The notes under the pieces: generated by a model
Database searches by the model: none
Told to the model about the DNA's origin: nothing
What the model saw: only the letters and a program-made list of their open reading frames with translations
Shown: piece by piece, positions 1 to 7,440 of the stretch
How positions within the stretch are numbered: position 1 is the stretch's first letter
How the letters are laid out: each line of letters opens with the position of its first letter
DNA from: a virus
Lineage: Duplodnaviria > Heunggongvirae > Uroviricota > Caudoviricetes
Reading direction: 5' to 3' (one strand)
Virus record (IMG/VR): IMGVR_UViG_2675903255_000012
DNA length: 11,120 bases
Program-made: the position numbers and the translations under genes

Positions 1-505
<505 letters not shown>

Positions 506-776
506 CAGGGGCGGCTATGTCGTATGACCAAACGACTTCACAGTTATTGTTTAAAATCTGGACTTTCATTTCATACACCTGCTTTAACATGAGTGCCTAG
601 TGGCACAACATGACTCAACGAATCATCCTGGACTTCATATGCCCCAGGCGGCTACTTCGTGGGCGTCCTGCCTGTTCGTTTTTGACATTTACTGACTGCT
701 TACGACACATGCACCGTGTTGCAACCAGATTTTGTTGTAATCCTGTAGTTGGTCTGGAATAAAAGATAAAATTAAA

Positions 777-813
777 TTGCGAGATATGCAAGTGGTATTT
801 GCGAGATATGCAA
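777..813. promoter_or_regulatory. Two direct copies of 15-bp operator-like motif TTGCGAGATATGCAA (777-791 and 799-813), OL-like, overlapping a candidate leftward (pL-like) promoter
   Basis: Exact 15-bp repeat with 22-bp start-to-start spacing; internally palindromic ends (TTGC…GCAA); same motif class as the site at 1581-1595. On the minus strand TTGCAT lies inside each copy, followed 17 nt later by TATCTT. Confidence 0.55.
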
Positions 814-825
814 ATTTATAGGTAA

Positions 826-847
826 TAAAAAGCCACCTTTCGGTGGC
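826..847 (-). terminator. Rho-independent terminator downstream of cI (hairpin 832-847 followed by T-run on minus strand)
   Basis: GCCACC-TTTC-GGTGGC inverted repeat with AAAAA immediately 5' on the plus strand (T-tract on minus), about 20 bp past the cI stop. Confidence 0.6.
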
Positions 848-867
848 CGATGGATGGGATATTGAGG

Positions 868-1560
868 TTAATTATGTCTCTTAAGGGTTTGCGACTGACT
901 GATTAAGACCTTTCCAAAGACCATGAATCGGTGTTCGTTTTCGCTAGTAATTCCCCATTCACGGTAAATCTGGTTATCAGAAATCACCAGCAGTTTGTCA
1001 GGAATCATTTGAAGTCTTTTAACGTATATTTTGTCATCAAAACCAAAGACATATATACCATCACCATCAAACTGATTGATGCTGACATCAACGAAGATGA
1101 GATCTCCTGGCTCAATGGTTGGACACATACTGTCCCCACGAACGTTGATAACTTTGATGTGATTGGCTGGTCGTCCGCCGAACATTGATACAGCATTATC
1201 AGTTCTGTATTCGATGGCATGAATCACATCAATGACATCACCGCCCTGGATAAGGCCATTTCCCGCACTGGCACTGATATCCAGCATTTCAATACGGAAC
1301 ACATCCTTCACCTGCGCAACATCCTCATTATTACTGTTTTTATATACAGTATTACTTTTGTGGGCAGAGGTAAAGAGATCAGCAATATCAACACCTAAGC
1401 TCTTGGCAATATTACTCAGTGTTTGTTCGGTAAATTGTTTTTGCTTACCCGTTTCTAAGCGCGAGATGTTCGCCGCATCTACTCCTATCGCTTCAGCGAG
1501 ATCGGCGATTTTCATGTTCTTCGCTTGGCGAAGTTGTCTGACTCGGTTTCCTATGTTCAT
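868..1560 (-). CDS. cI: Prophage repressor cI (N-terminal HTH, C-terminal S24 LexA-like autopeptidase domain)
   Basis: N-terminal XRE-type HTH (KIADLAEAIGVDAANISRLETGK), candidate Ala-Gly cleavage region (SASAGNG), and S24 catalytic motifs (GDSMCPTI…, downstream KR). Divergent from cro. ATG sits directly after a promoter-like TTGCTT-N17-TGTAAT on the minus strand, so a leaderless mRNA as in lambda pRM is possible. Confidence 0.88.
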   Translation of the reverse strand: MNIGNRVRQLRQAKNMKIADLAEAIGVDAANISRLETGKQKQFTEQTLSNIAKSLGVDIADLFTSAHKSNTVYKNSNNEDVAQVKDVFRIEMLDISASAGNGLIQGGDVIDVIHAIEYRTDNAVSMFGGRPANHIKVINVRGDSMCPTIEPGDLIFVDVSINQFDGDGIYVFGFDDKIYVKRLQMIPDKLLVISDNQIYREWGITSENEHRFMVFGKVLISQSQTLKRHN

Positions 1561-1657
1561 GCGTTTATTACATTTCTTTATTGCGTGATAAGCAAATCAA
1601 CTTGCGCAAAATAATTGCGTGAAATAACATGCATAACGCGCAATATTTGGAGGGCGT
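1561..1657. promoter_or_regulatory. cI-cro divergent control region (OR-like): operator TTGCGTGATAAGCAA at 1581-1595 plus TTGCG/CGCAA half-sites at 1602-1609, 1615-1619, 1638-1642; candidate pR TTGCGC(1602)-N17-TAACAT(1625)
   Basis: Palindromic 15-mer matching the TTGCG-N5-NGCAA pattern of the 777-813 repeats; TTGCGCAA 8-bp palindrome; divergent genes on both sides. Confidence 0.55.
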
Positions 1658-1918
1658 ATGCAATCACCATTACGAAATGTGCGTAAGGCGCATGGTTTCA
1701 CTTTGCAGCATGTTGCTGCGGGTGTTCAAGTCAATCCAGCGACGTTGAGTCGTATTGAGAGGCTGGAGCAGATTCCATCTATCGAGCTTGCAGAACGTTT
1801 AGCCAATTTTTTTAAGGGTGAAGTCAGCGAAATGCAGATTCTTTATCCGGCACGTTTTCAATCTAGCCAAAACCAGAATGGGTTTAAACCACAGGAACAG
1901 GAGGTGAACCGTGGGTAA
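1658..1918 (+). CDS. cro: Cro-like HTH regulator
   Basis: Small protein with HTH (FTLQHVAAGVQVNPATLSRIE), divergent from cI, first gene of the rightward operon; GGAGG upstream of the ATG. Confidence 0.75.
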   Translation: MQSPLRNVRKAHGFTLQHVAAGVQVNPATLSRIERLEQIPSIELAERLANFFKGEVSEMQILYPARFQSSQNQNGFKPQEQEVNRG

Positions 1919-2462
1919 GCATCACTGGAAAGTAGAAAAACAGCCTGAGTGGTACGTGAAAGCTGTCAGAAAAACTATCGCAGCGTTGCCGGGGGGGTAC
2001 GCTGAAGCTGCTGACTGGCTGGATGTAACAGAGAACGCATTATTTAACCGCCTTCGTGCCGATGGCGATCAGATTTTCCCGCTGGGATGGGCAATGATTT
2101 TGCAACGTGCTGGTGGAACTCACTTCATTGCTGACGCTGTGGCGCAGTCTGCAAATGGCGTCTTTGTGTCTCTTCCTGATGTCGAGGATGTGGACAACGC
2201 CGATATCAACCAACGCCTGCTGGAGGTCATTGAACAGATCGGCAGTTATTCAAAACAGATTCGTTCAGCAATTGAAGACGGTGTAGTGGAACCGCATGAG
2301 AAGACAGCAATTAACGACGAGCTGTACCTCTCAATTTCGAAGCTGCAGGAGCATGCAGCACTGGTCTACAAAATTTTTTGCATTTCAGAAAGTAATGACG
2401 CCCGCGAGTGTGCAGCTCCGGGCGCCGTGGCGTGTCGTGACTGTGGAGAAACTAACGCATGA
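1911..2462 (+). CDS. CII-like early regulator (YdaT/CP76-type), GTG start
   Basis: Position immediately after cro with an 8-nt overlap; AGGAGG 6 nt upstream of GTG. Family assignment is from memory of CII-like/YdaT-type proteins following cro-like genes, not from a search. Confidence 0.45.
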   Translation: MGKHHWKVEKQPEWYVKAVRKTIAALPGGYAEAADWLDVTENALFNRLRADGDQIFPLGWAMILQRAGGTHFIADAVAQSANGVFVSLPDVEDVDNADINQRLLEVIEQIGSYSKQIRSAIEDGVVEPHEKTAINDELYLSISKLQEHAALVYKIFCISESNDARECAAPGAVACRDCGETNA

Positions 2463-2797
2463 ACAGTTTAACAACACACTACCGTCGCTCGCAACTGATT
2501 GCACTTCCTGTACCGGGTGGAAAAGCGAAGGTGGAGTATTGCTATGCAGTGAATGTACCAGGTGACAGGGAAATTGTAACCCACAGCTTTGCAGAGTGGG
2601 CTGTGGGTGATTTCAACAGGCAAAAGGAGACAGTCCTTTGCGACAAGTTAACCGCTGGTTCAAAGATCACTACGGAGTGCCCGTCAGAGTCATTCGTTGG
2701 GAACCGGAAACACAACGGGTTATCTACCTCCGCGAAGGCTATGAGCATGAGTGCTTCAGCCCGCTCGAACAGTTTCGTCGTAAATTCAGGGAAATAG
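2459..2797 (+). CDS. Hypothetical protein; the 3' half looks non-protein-like, so this may be a frameshifted gene
   Basis: ATGA start/stop overlap with the upstream gene suggests translational coupling. The N-terminal ~65 aa look like real protein; the C-terminal part (…[22 protein letters not shown]) looks like out-of-frame translation. Confidence 0.35.
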   Translation: MNSLTTHYRRSQLIALPVPGGKAKVEYCYAVNVPGDREIVTHSFAEWAVGDFNRQKETVLCDKLTAGSKITTECPSESFVGNRKHNGLSTSAKAMSMSASARSNSFVVNSGK

Positions 2798-2817
2798 AGG
2801 TCGGTCATGAGCACTAA
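2638..2817 (+). CDS. Small hypothetical protein (59 aa, TTG start), or the C-terminal part of a frameshifted gene begun at 2459
   Basis: Frame +1 is open 2611-2817 and translates to a protein-like sequence (…[54 protein letters not shown]). AAGGAG at 2624-2629 sits 8 nt upstream of TTG 2638; the stop overlaps the O-like start at 2807. Not in the ORF track (below length cutoff). Confidence 0.4.
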   Translation: MRQVNRWFKDHYGVPVRVIRWEPETQRVIYLREGYEHECFSPLEQFRRKFREIEVGHEH

Positions 2818-3748
2818 ATTAACCGGCTATGTATGGGATGGTTGCGCTGCGTCAGGCATGAAGTTATCCAGCGTGGCAATTATGGCCCGCCTGGCTGATT
2901 TCAGTAATGACGAAGGTGTGTGCTGGCCATCAATTGAAACCATTGCCCGCCAGATTGGCGCGGGGATGAGCACCGTCAGAACGGCTATCGCACGGCTGGA
3001 AGCAGAAGGCTGGTTAACGCGTAAGGCGCGTCGCCAGGGTAACCGCAATGCGTCGAATGTTTATCAGCTTAACGTTGCGAAGCTTCAGGCAGCGGCATTT
3101 TCTCAACTGTCAGATTCTGACCCGTCAAAATCTGACGCATCAAAATCTGACCCGTCAAAATTTGATGCGTCGAAATCTGGCAAAAAAGCGGGTTTTCACC
3201 CGTCAGAATCTGGCGGGGATCCGTCAGTAAAATCAAAACATGATCCGTCAGATAAAAAACCTTCTCGTCCGGACGCTTCGCAACCGGACACGCAGACGGA
3301 TGAACAGGATTTTTTAACTCGCCATCCTGATGCGGTTGTATTCAGCCCTAAAAAGCGCCAGTGGGGGACGCAGGATGATTTGACCTGTGCACAGTGGCTC
3401 TGGAAAAAAATCATCGCCCTGTACGAGCATGCCGCCGAATGTGACGGCGAGGTGGTTCGTCCCAAAGAACCGAACTGGACAGCCTGGGCAAACGAAATTC
3501 GCCTGATGTGTGTGCAGGATGGTCGTACTCATAAACAAATCTGCGAGATGTACAGCCGCGTCAGTCGCGATCCGTTCTGGTGCCGTAACGTGCTCAGCCC
3601 GTCGAAGCTGCGGGAAAAATGGGATGAGCTTTCCCTGCGCTTATCGCCGTCCGTCAGCACGTACACCGAAAAACGCGAGGACCCGTACTTCAAAGCCAGT
3701 TACGACAACGTGGACTACAGCCAGATCCCGGCAGGATTCAGGGGGTGA
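2807..3748 (+). CDS. Replication initiation protein (lambda O-like: N-terminal winged-HTH, repetitive linker, C-terminal DnaT-like domain)
   Basis: Position after the cro/CII module; N-terminal HTH (SSVAIMARLADFSNDEGVCWPSIETIARQIGAGMSTVRTAIARLEAEGWL); an iteron array is embedded in the region encoding the low-complexity linker, as in lambda O. Confidence 0.7.
   Translation: MSTKLTGYVWDGCAASGMKLSSVAIMARLADFSNDEGVCWPSIETIARQIGAGMSTVRTAIARLEAEGWLTRKARRQGNRNASNVYQLNVAKLQAAAFSQLSDSDPSKSDASKSDPSKFDASKSGKKAGFHPSESGGDPSVKSKHDPSDKKPSRPDASQPDTQTDEQDFLTRHPDAVVFSPKKRQWGTQDDLTCAQWLWKKIIALYEHAAECDGEVVRPKEPNWTAWANEIRLMCVQDGRTHKQICEMYSRVSRDPFWCRNVLSPSKLREKWDELSLRLSPSVSTYTEKREDPYFKASYDNVDYSQIPAGFRG
3105..3262. 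repeat. Origin-like iteron array inside the O-like gene: about 4-5 tandem ~15-bp units (AAAATCTGAC[C/G]C[G/A]TCA) plus further CCGTCAG copies, followed by an A/T-rich stretch
   Basis: Visible tandem periodicity at 3110-3180 (tctgacccgtcaaaa / tctgacgcatcaaaa / tctgacccgtcaaaa / tttgatgcgtcgaaa); CCGTCAG at about 3200, 3221 and 3245; A/T-rich taaaatcaaaacatgatccgtcagataaaaaac at about 3228-3260. Confidence 0.65.
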
Positions 3749-3750
3749 GC

Positions 3751-4239
3751 ATGAGTCTTTTGAATGACGTTCAGAAATTCATTGAAGCCCATCCGGGCTG
3801 TACTTCCGGAGACATTGCGGATGCTTTTGCAGGTTACTCACGGCAGCGCGTTCTGCAGTCTGCAAGCAAGTTACGTCAGAGTGGGCGTGTGGCTCACCGT
3901 TGTGAAGGGGATACACGCAGACATTTCCCGCGCCTGACTGAGAGAGCGCAGGAGCCGGAACCACAACCAGTTCGTGAAACCAGACCTGTGCGCAATTTCT
4001 ATGTCGGCACTAACGATCCCCGGGTGATTTTGTGCCTGACCCGCCAGGCTGAAGAACTGGAGTCCAGGGGCTTATACCGTCGTGCTGCAACGGTGTGGAT
4101 GGCGGCATTCCGTGAAAGCCACTCCCAGCCAGAACGAAACAATTTTCTGGCGCGTCGTGAGCGGTGCTTACGGAAAAGCAGCAAGCGCGCTGTATCGGGT
4201 GAAGAGTGGTATCTGTCAGGGAATTACGTGGGGGCTTAA
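3751..4239 (+). CDS. PerC-family-like transcriptional regulator with an N-terminal winged-helix-like domain (start may be GTG 3745)
   Basis: C-terminal segment …LESRGLYRRAATVWMAAF…RRERCL… matches the PerC/Pch signature (LE-[KR]GL-x-RRAA-x-W) as I remember it. Overlaps the O-like stop. Confidence 0.5.
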   Translation: MSLLNDVQKFIEAHPGCTSGDIADAFAGYSRQRVLQSASKLRQSGRVAHRCEGDTRRHFPRLTERAQEPEPQPVRETRPVRNFYVGTNDPRVILCLTRQAEELESRGLYRRAATVWMAAFRESHSQPERNNFLARRERCLRKSSKRAVSGEEWYLSGNYVGA

Positions 4240-4892
4240 TGAGTAATAAATATTGCCAGGCGCTGGTGGAGCTGCGGAACAAACCAGCCCATGAACTGAA
4301 GGAAGTGGGCGATCAGTGGCGCACGCCGGACAACATTTTCTGGGGAATTAACACCCTGTTTGGCCCGTTTGTTCTGGATCTGTTCACTGACGGTGATAAC
4401 GCCAAATGTGCCGCTTATTACACTGCGGAAGACAACGCGCTGGCGCATGACTGGTCAGAACGTCTTGCGGAGCTTAAAGGTGCTGCCTTTGGTAATCCCC
4501 CATACAGCCGCGCCAGTCAGCATGAGGGGCAATACATCACCGGCATGCGTTACATCATGAAGCATGCCAGTGCCATGCGTGATAAAGGCGGGCGCTATGT
4601 TTTCCTGATCAAAGCTGCCACCAGCGAAGTGTGGTGGCCGGAAGATGCAGATCATATTGCTTTTATTCGCGGGCGTATTGGTTTTGAACTGCCTGCCTGG
4701 TTTATCCCGAAGGATGAGAAGCAGGTGCCGACAGGCGCTTTCTTCGCTGGTGCTATTGCTGTTTTCGACAAGACCTGGAAGGGACCGGCAATCAGCTACA
4801 TCGGGCGCTATGAACTTGAGGCATGTGGTGAGGCCTTTCTGGCGCAGGTTCGCCAGCAGGCAGAAAAACTGGTCAGGGAGATGGCGGCATGA
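4239..4892 (+). CDS. Phage Dam-family N6-adenine DNA methyltransferase (orphan)
   Basis: …GDQWRTPDNIF… N-terminal motif and NPPY catalytic motif (AFGNPPYS) typical of phage Dam-type MTases; TAATG stop/start overlap with the upstream gene; no restriction endonuclease partner nearby. Confidence 0.75.
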   Translation: MSNKYCQALVELRNKPAHELKEVGDQWRTPDNIFWGINTLFGPFVLDLFTDGDNAKCAAYYTAEDNALAHDWSERLAELKGAAFGNPPYSRASQHEGQYITGMRYIMKHASAMRDKGGRYVFLIKAATSEVWWPEDADHIAFIRGRIGFELPAWFIPKDEKQVPTGAFFAGAIAVFDKTWKGPAISYIGRYELEACGEAFLAQVRQQAEKLVREMAA

Positions 4893-5215
4893 CGACGTTA
4901 ACTCAATGCCAGCAGCAGGTGCTGGATATGCTGATTTCTTATCAGAAAGAACGTGGCTTCCCGCCAACCAATCAGGAGGTGGCAACCATGCTGGGATACC
5001 GTTCAGTGAATGCAGCGGTGGAGCATCTTCGCGCACTGGAGAAAAAAGGCGTCATCACGATAAAGCGTGGCGTGGCCCGGGGGATAACGCTTCATATCGC
5101 GGTGAAGGACGACGACAGCGAGGCGGTCGGGATTATCCGCGCACTGCTTGCCGGTGAGGAAAACGCAAGGCTGCGTGCAACCCACTGGTTACATGAGAGG
5201 GACCTGAAAGTATGA
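4889..5215 (+). CDS. LexA N-terminal DNA-binding-domain homologue lacking the S24 peptidase domain
   Basis: Alignable by eye to the LexA N-terminus (LTQCQQQVLDMLISYQKERGFPPTNQEVATMLGYRSVNAAVEHLRALEKKGVI versus LexA [53 protein letters not shown]); only 108 aa, no Ser/Lys peptidase domain. Confidence 0.7.
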   Translation: MTTLTQCQQQVLDMLISYQKERGFPPTNQEVATMLGYRSVNAAVEHLRALEKKGVITIKRGVARGITLHIAVKDDDSEAVGIIRALLAGEENARLRATHWLHERDLKV

Positions 5216-5601
5216 AGCTGATCCTGCCTTTTCCGCCCAGCGTGAACACGTACTGGCGACACCCCAACAAAGGGGCGTTTGCTGGTAAGAGCCTGATAAG
5301 CGCGGCGGGGCGAAAATTCCAGAGCGCGGCGTGCGCAGCAATAGTTGAGCAGTTACGTCGTCTGCCGAAACCAACGTCGGCACCTGCTTCAGTGGAGATC
5401 GTGTTGTTTCCTCCGGATAACCGGATCCGCGATCTGGACAACTATAACAAGGCGCTGTTTGACGCCCTGACCCACGCGGGTGTGTGGGAAGACGACAGTC
5501 AGGTGAAAAGAATGCTGGTGGAGTGGGGACCGGTTATCCCGGAAGGGAAGGTCGAGATCACTATCAGTAAGTACGAGAAAACGGCGGGTGCAGCCGCCTG
5601 A
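5212..5601 (+). CDS. rusA: Holliday junction resolvase RusA
   Basis: RusA signature …RDLDNYNKALFDALTHAGVWEDDSQV…; about 129 aa; ATGA overlap with the upstream gene. Confidence 0.88.
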   Translation: MKLILPFPPSVNTYWRHPNKGAFAGKSLISAAGRKFQSAACAAIVEQLRRLPKPTSAPASVEIVLFPPDNRIRDLDNYNKALFDALTHAGVWEDDSQVKRMLVEWGPVIPEGKVEITISKYEKTAGAAA

Positions 5602-5620
5602 TTAAGAGGAGAAACGAAGT

Positions 5621-6430
5621 ATGAATAATCTGATGGTCATTGATGGTATTGAAGTTCGTCGTGATGCTTATGGGCGTTACAGCCTGAACGATCTGCATCG
5701 CGCAGCAGTAGCATCTGGTGCAAATGCCAGAACCAAGGAGCCGGGAAAGTTTCTTTCCAGCCAACAAACTGTTGAGCTTGTTCATGAATTGACCAACACC
5801 CAGAATTTGGGTGTTGACCCGGTGAGTGTGATTCATGGGGGAAATGAACGGGGAACGTATGTCTGCAAGGAACTGGTGTATGCCTATGCAATGTGGATCA
5901 GCCCGTCATTCCATCTGAAGGTGATCCGTACTTTCGATATGGTAACCAGCGCACCGGAAAAATTATCCGGACAGGCTGCTGACAAGATGCAGGCTGGCGT
6001 GATCCTGCTGGACTTTATGCGCCGGGAGTTAAACCTGTCTAACTCTTCAGTGCTTGGTGCCTGTCAGAAACTCCAGGAGGCTGTTGGCTTACCGAATCTG
6101 GCACCGCGCTATGCCATTGATGCTCCTGCTGACGCGCCTGATGGCTCAAGCCGCCCCACGCTATCATTGAGTGCACTGCTGAAGCAGTATGGTATCCGCC
6201 TGACAGCTAATCAGGCATATCACCAGATGGCGAAGCTGGGGATCGTTGAACAACGTGAACGATACAGCCGCACTGCGATTAACAACATCAAAAAATTCTG
6301 GTCGCTGACAGCGAAAGGCTGCATGTTCGGCAAGAACATCACCAGTCCCGCAAATCCGCGCGAGACGCAGCCGCATTTCTTCGAATCCCGATTCCCTGAG
6401 CTGTTAAAGCTGCTCGATACCGTTCATTGA
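5621..6430 (+). CDS. KilA-N domain protein (antirepressor-like DNA-binding protein)
   Basis: N-terminal KilA-N-like region (IDGIEVRRDAYGRYSLNDLHRA… YAYAMWISPSFHLKVIRTF); AAGAGGAG SD 9 nt upstream of the ATG. Confidence 0.7.
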   Translation: MNNLMVIDGIEVRRDAYGRYSLNDLHRAAVASGANARTKEPGKFLSSQQTVELVHELTNTQNLGVDPVSVIHGGNERGTYVCKELVYAYAMWISPSFHLKVIRTFDMVTSAPEKLSGQAADKMQAGVILLDFMRRELNLSNSSVLGACQKLQEAVGLPNLAPRYAIDAPADAPDGSSRPTLSLSALLKQYGIRLTANQAYHQMAKLGIVEQRERYSRTAINNIKKFWSLTAKGCMFGKNITSPANPRETQPHFFESRFPELLKLLDTVH

Positions 6431-6431
6431 G

Positions 6432-7427
6432 GTGACCGTGAGAGCACTACTGACTCCTGAAATTGCCCCGCGTATGGGGATCGTATTGTTCAGGCCAGGT
6501 TCAGAGCTGATGCCCCTGTTTATGCAGGGGCGTGTCCTGCTGGAGCCTGAGCCGGAACGTTATTCATCTTTCGCCAGTGGTGCCGTTCCGGCGGCATCAC
6601 AACCGCTGGCGGATGATCCTGCCGTTCGGGCCGTGTTCCGCAATGAGGCAGTGATCCGTCGTGCTGGTGGCGTGGAATGTCTTGAAAGCTGGTTACTTCG
6701 TGAAAAAGGCTGCCAGTGGCCTCATTCCGACTGGCACAGCGAGAACATGACCACAATGCGACACGCTCCGGGCGCAATCCGTCTGTGCTGGCACTGCGAT
6801 AACCAGCTGCGCGATCAGTTCACGGAACGGCTGGAATCAATGGCAACGGATAACTGTGCCCGCTGGGTGTTGTCTGTTGTGCGTCGGGATCTCGGTTTTG
6901 ATGACAGTCACGTTGTGACAATGCCGGAACTGTGCTGGTGGCTGATTCGTAATGACCTGGCGGATGCCTTACCGGAAAGTGCAGCCCGTAAGGCACTTAG
7001 ATTACCGAAGCCTGTTGTGCCGTCTGTTACCCGGGAAAGTGACCTTGTGCCTTCGGTTCCTGCCACCAGCATCATCCAGGATAAAGCGAAAAAGGTGCTG
7101 GCGCTGAAAGTGGATCCTGAGTCGCCGGAGTCTTTTATGTTACGCCCAAAACGTCGCCGCTGGGTTAATGAAAAGTACACGCGCTGGGTTAAGACACAGC
7201 CGTGTGCATGTTGTGGAAAGCCTGCTGATGATCCCCACCACCTGATAGGTCACGGTCAGGGAGGAATGGGTACAAAAGCGCATGACCTCTTTGTGTTGCC
7301 TTTGTGCAGAAAGCATCACGACGAGCTGCATGCGGATACCGTGGCATTTGAAGAGAAGTATGGCTCCCAGCTGGAGCTGATATTTCGTTTTATCGATCGT
7401 GCGCTGGCAATAGGCGTACTGGCGTAA
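6432..7427 (+). CDS. DUF968-like phage protein with a C-terminal Cys/His (HNH-like) motif; GTG start uncertain
   Basis: C-terminal CACCGKPADDPHHLIGHGQGGMGTKAHDLFVLPLCRKHHDELH; lies immediately upstream of Q, as I recall ydfU-quuQ does in the K-12 Qin prophage. Start codon position is uncertain (GTG 6432, GTG 6438 or a downstream ATG). Confidence 0.55.
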   Translation: MTVRALLTPEIAPRMGIVLFRPGSELMPLFMQGRVLLEPEPERYSSFASGAVPAASQPLADDPAVRAVFRNEAVIRRAGGVECLESWLLREKGCQWPHSDWHSENMTTMRHAPGAIRLCWHCDNQLRDQFTERLESMATDNCARWVLSVVRRDLGFDDSHVVTMPELCWWLIRNDLADALPESAARKALRLPKPVVPSVTRESDLVPSVPATSIIQDKAKKVLALKVDPESPESFMLRPKRRRWVNEKYTRWVKTQPCACCGKPADDPHHLIGHGQGGMGTKAHDLFVLPLCRKHHDELHADTVAFEEKYGSQLELIFRFIDRALAIGVLA

Positions 7428-7440
7428 GTGGAGAACGAGC

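Noticed and set aside
590-603. Short inverted repeat GTGCC-tagt-GGCAC as a possible IS terminal repeat or att site
   Set aside because: Too short and isolated; no matching second copy or direct-repeat context within the window.
931-1588. Plus-strand ORFs (931-1188 and 1232-1588) and the minus-strand ORF 1005-1220 overlapping cI
   Set aside because: They are antisense or alternative-frame to the clearly coding cI gene, with low-complexity hydrophobic translations.
3048-3230. ORF-track entry of 60 aa (…LTRQNLTHQNLTRQNLMRRNL)
   Set aside because: It is the iteron repeat translated in an alternative frame and is fully contained in the O-like gene.
3105-3262. Tandem short repeats that might be read as a CRISPR array
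   Set aside because: The ~15-bp units are contiguous with no unique spacers and lie in-frame inside the O-like coding sequence; the pattern matches replication-origin iterons.
4455-5036. 193-aa minus-strand ORF, and the 170-aa plus-strand ORF at 4645-5157
   Set aside because: Both overlap the well-supported MTase and LexA-like genes in other frames, have no recognisable motifs and no ribosome-binding site; likely shadow ORFs in GC-richer DNA.
5564-5891. Minus-strand ORFs overlapping the KilA-N gene
   Set aside because: Antisense to a motif-supported gene, with no start context; treated as spurious.
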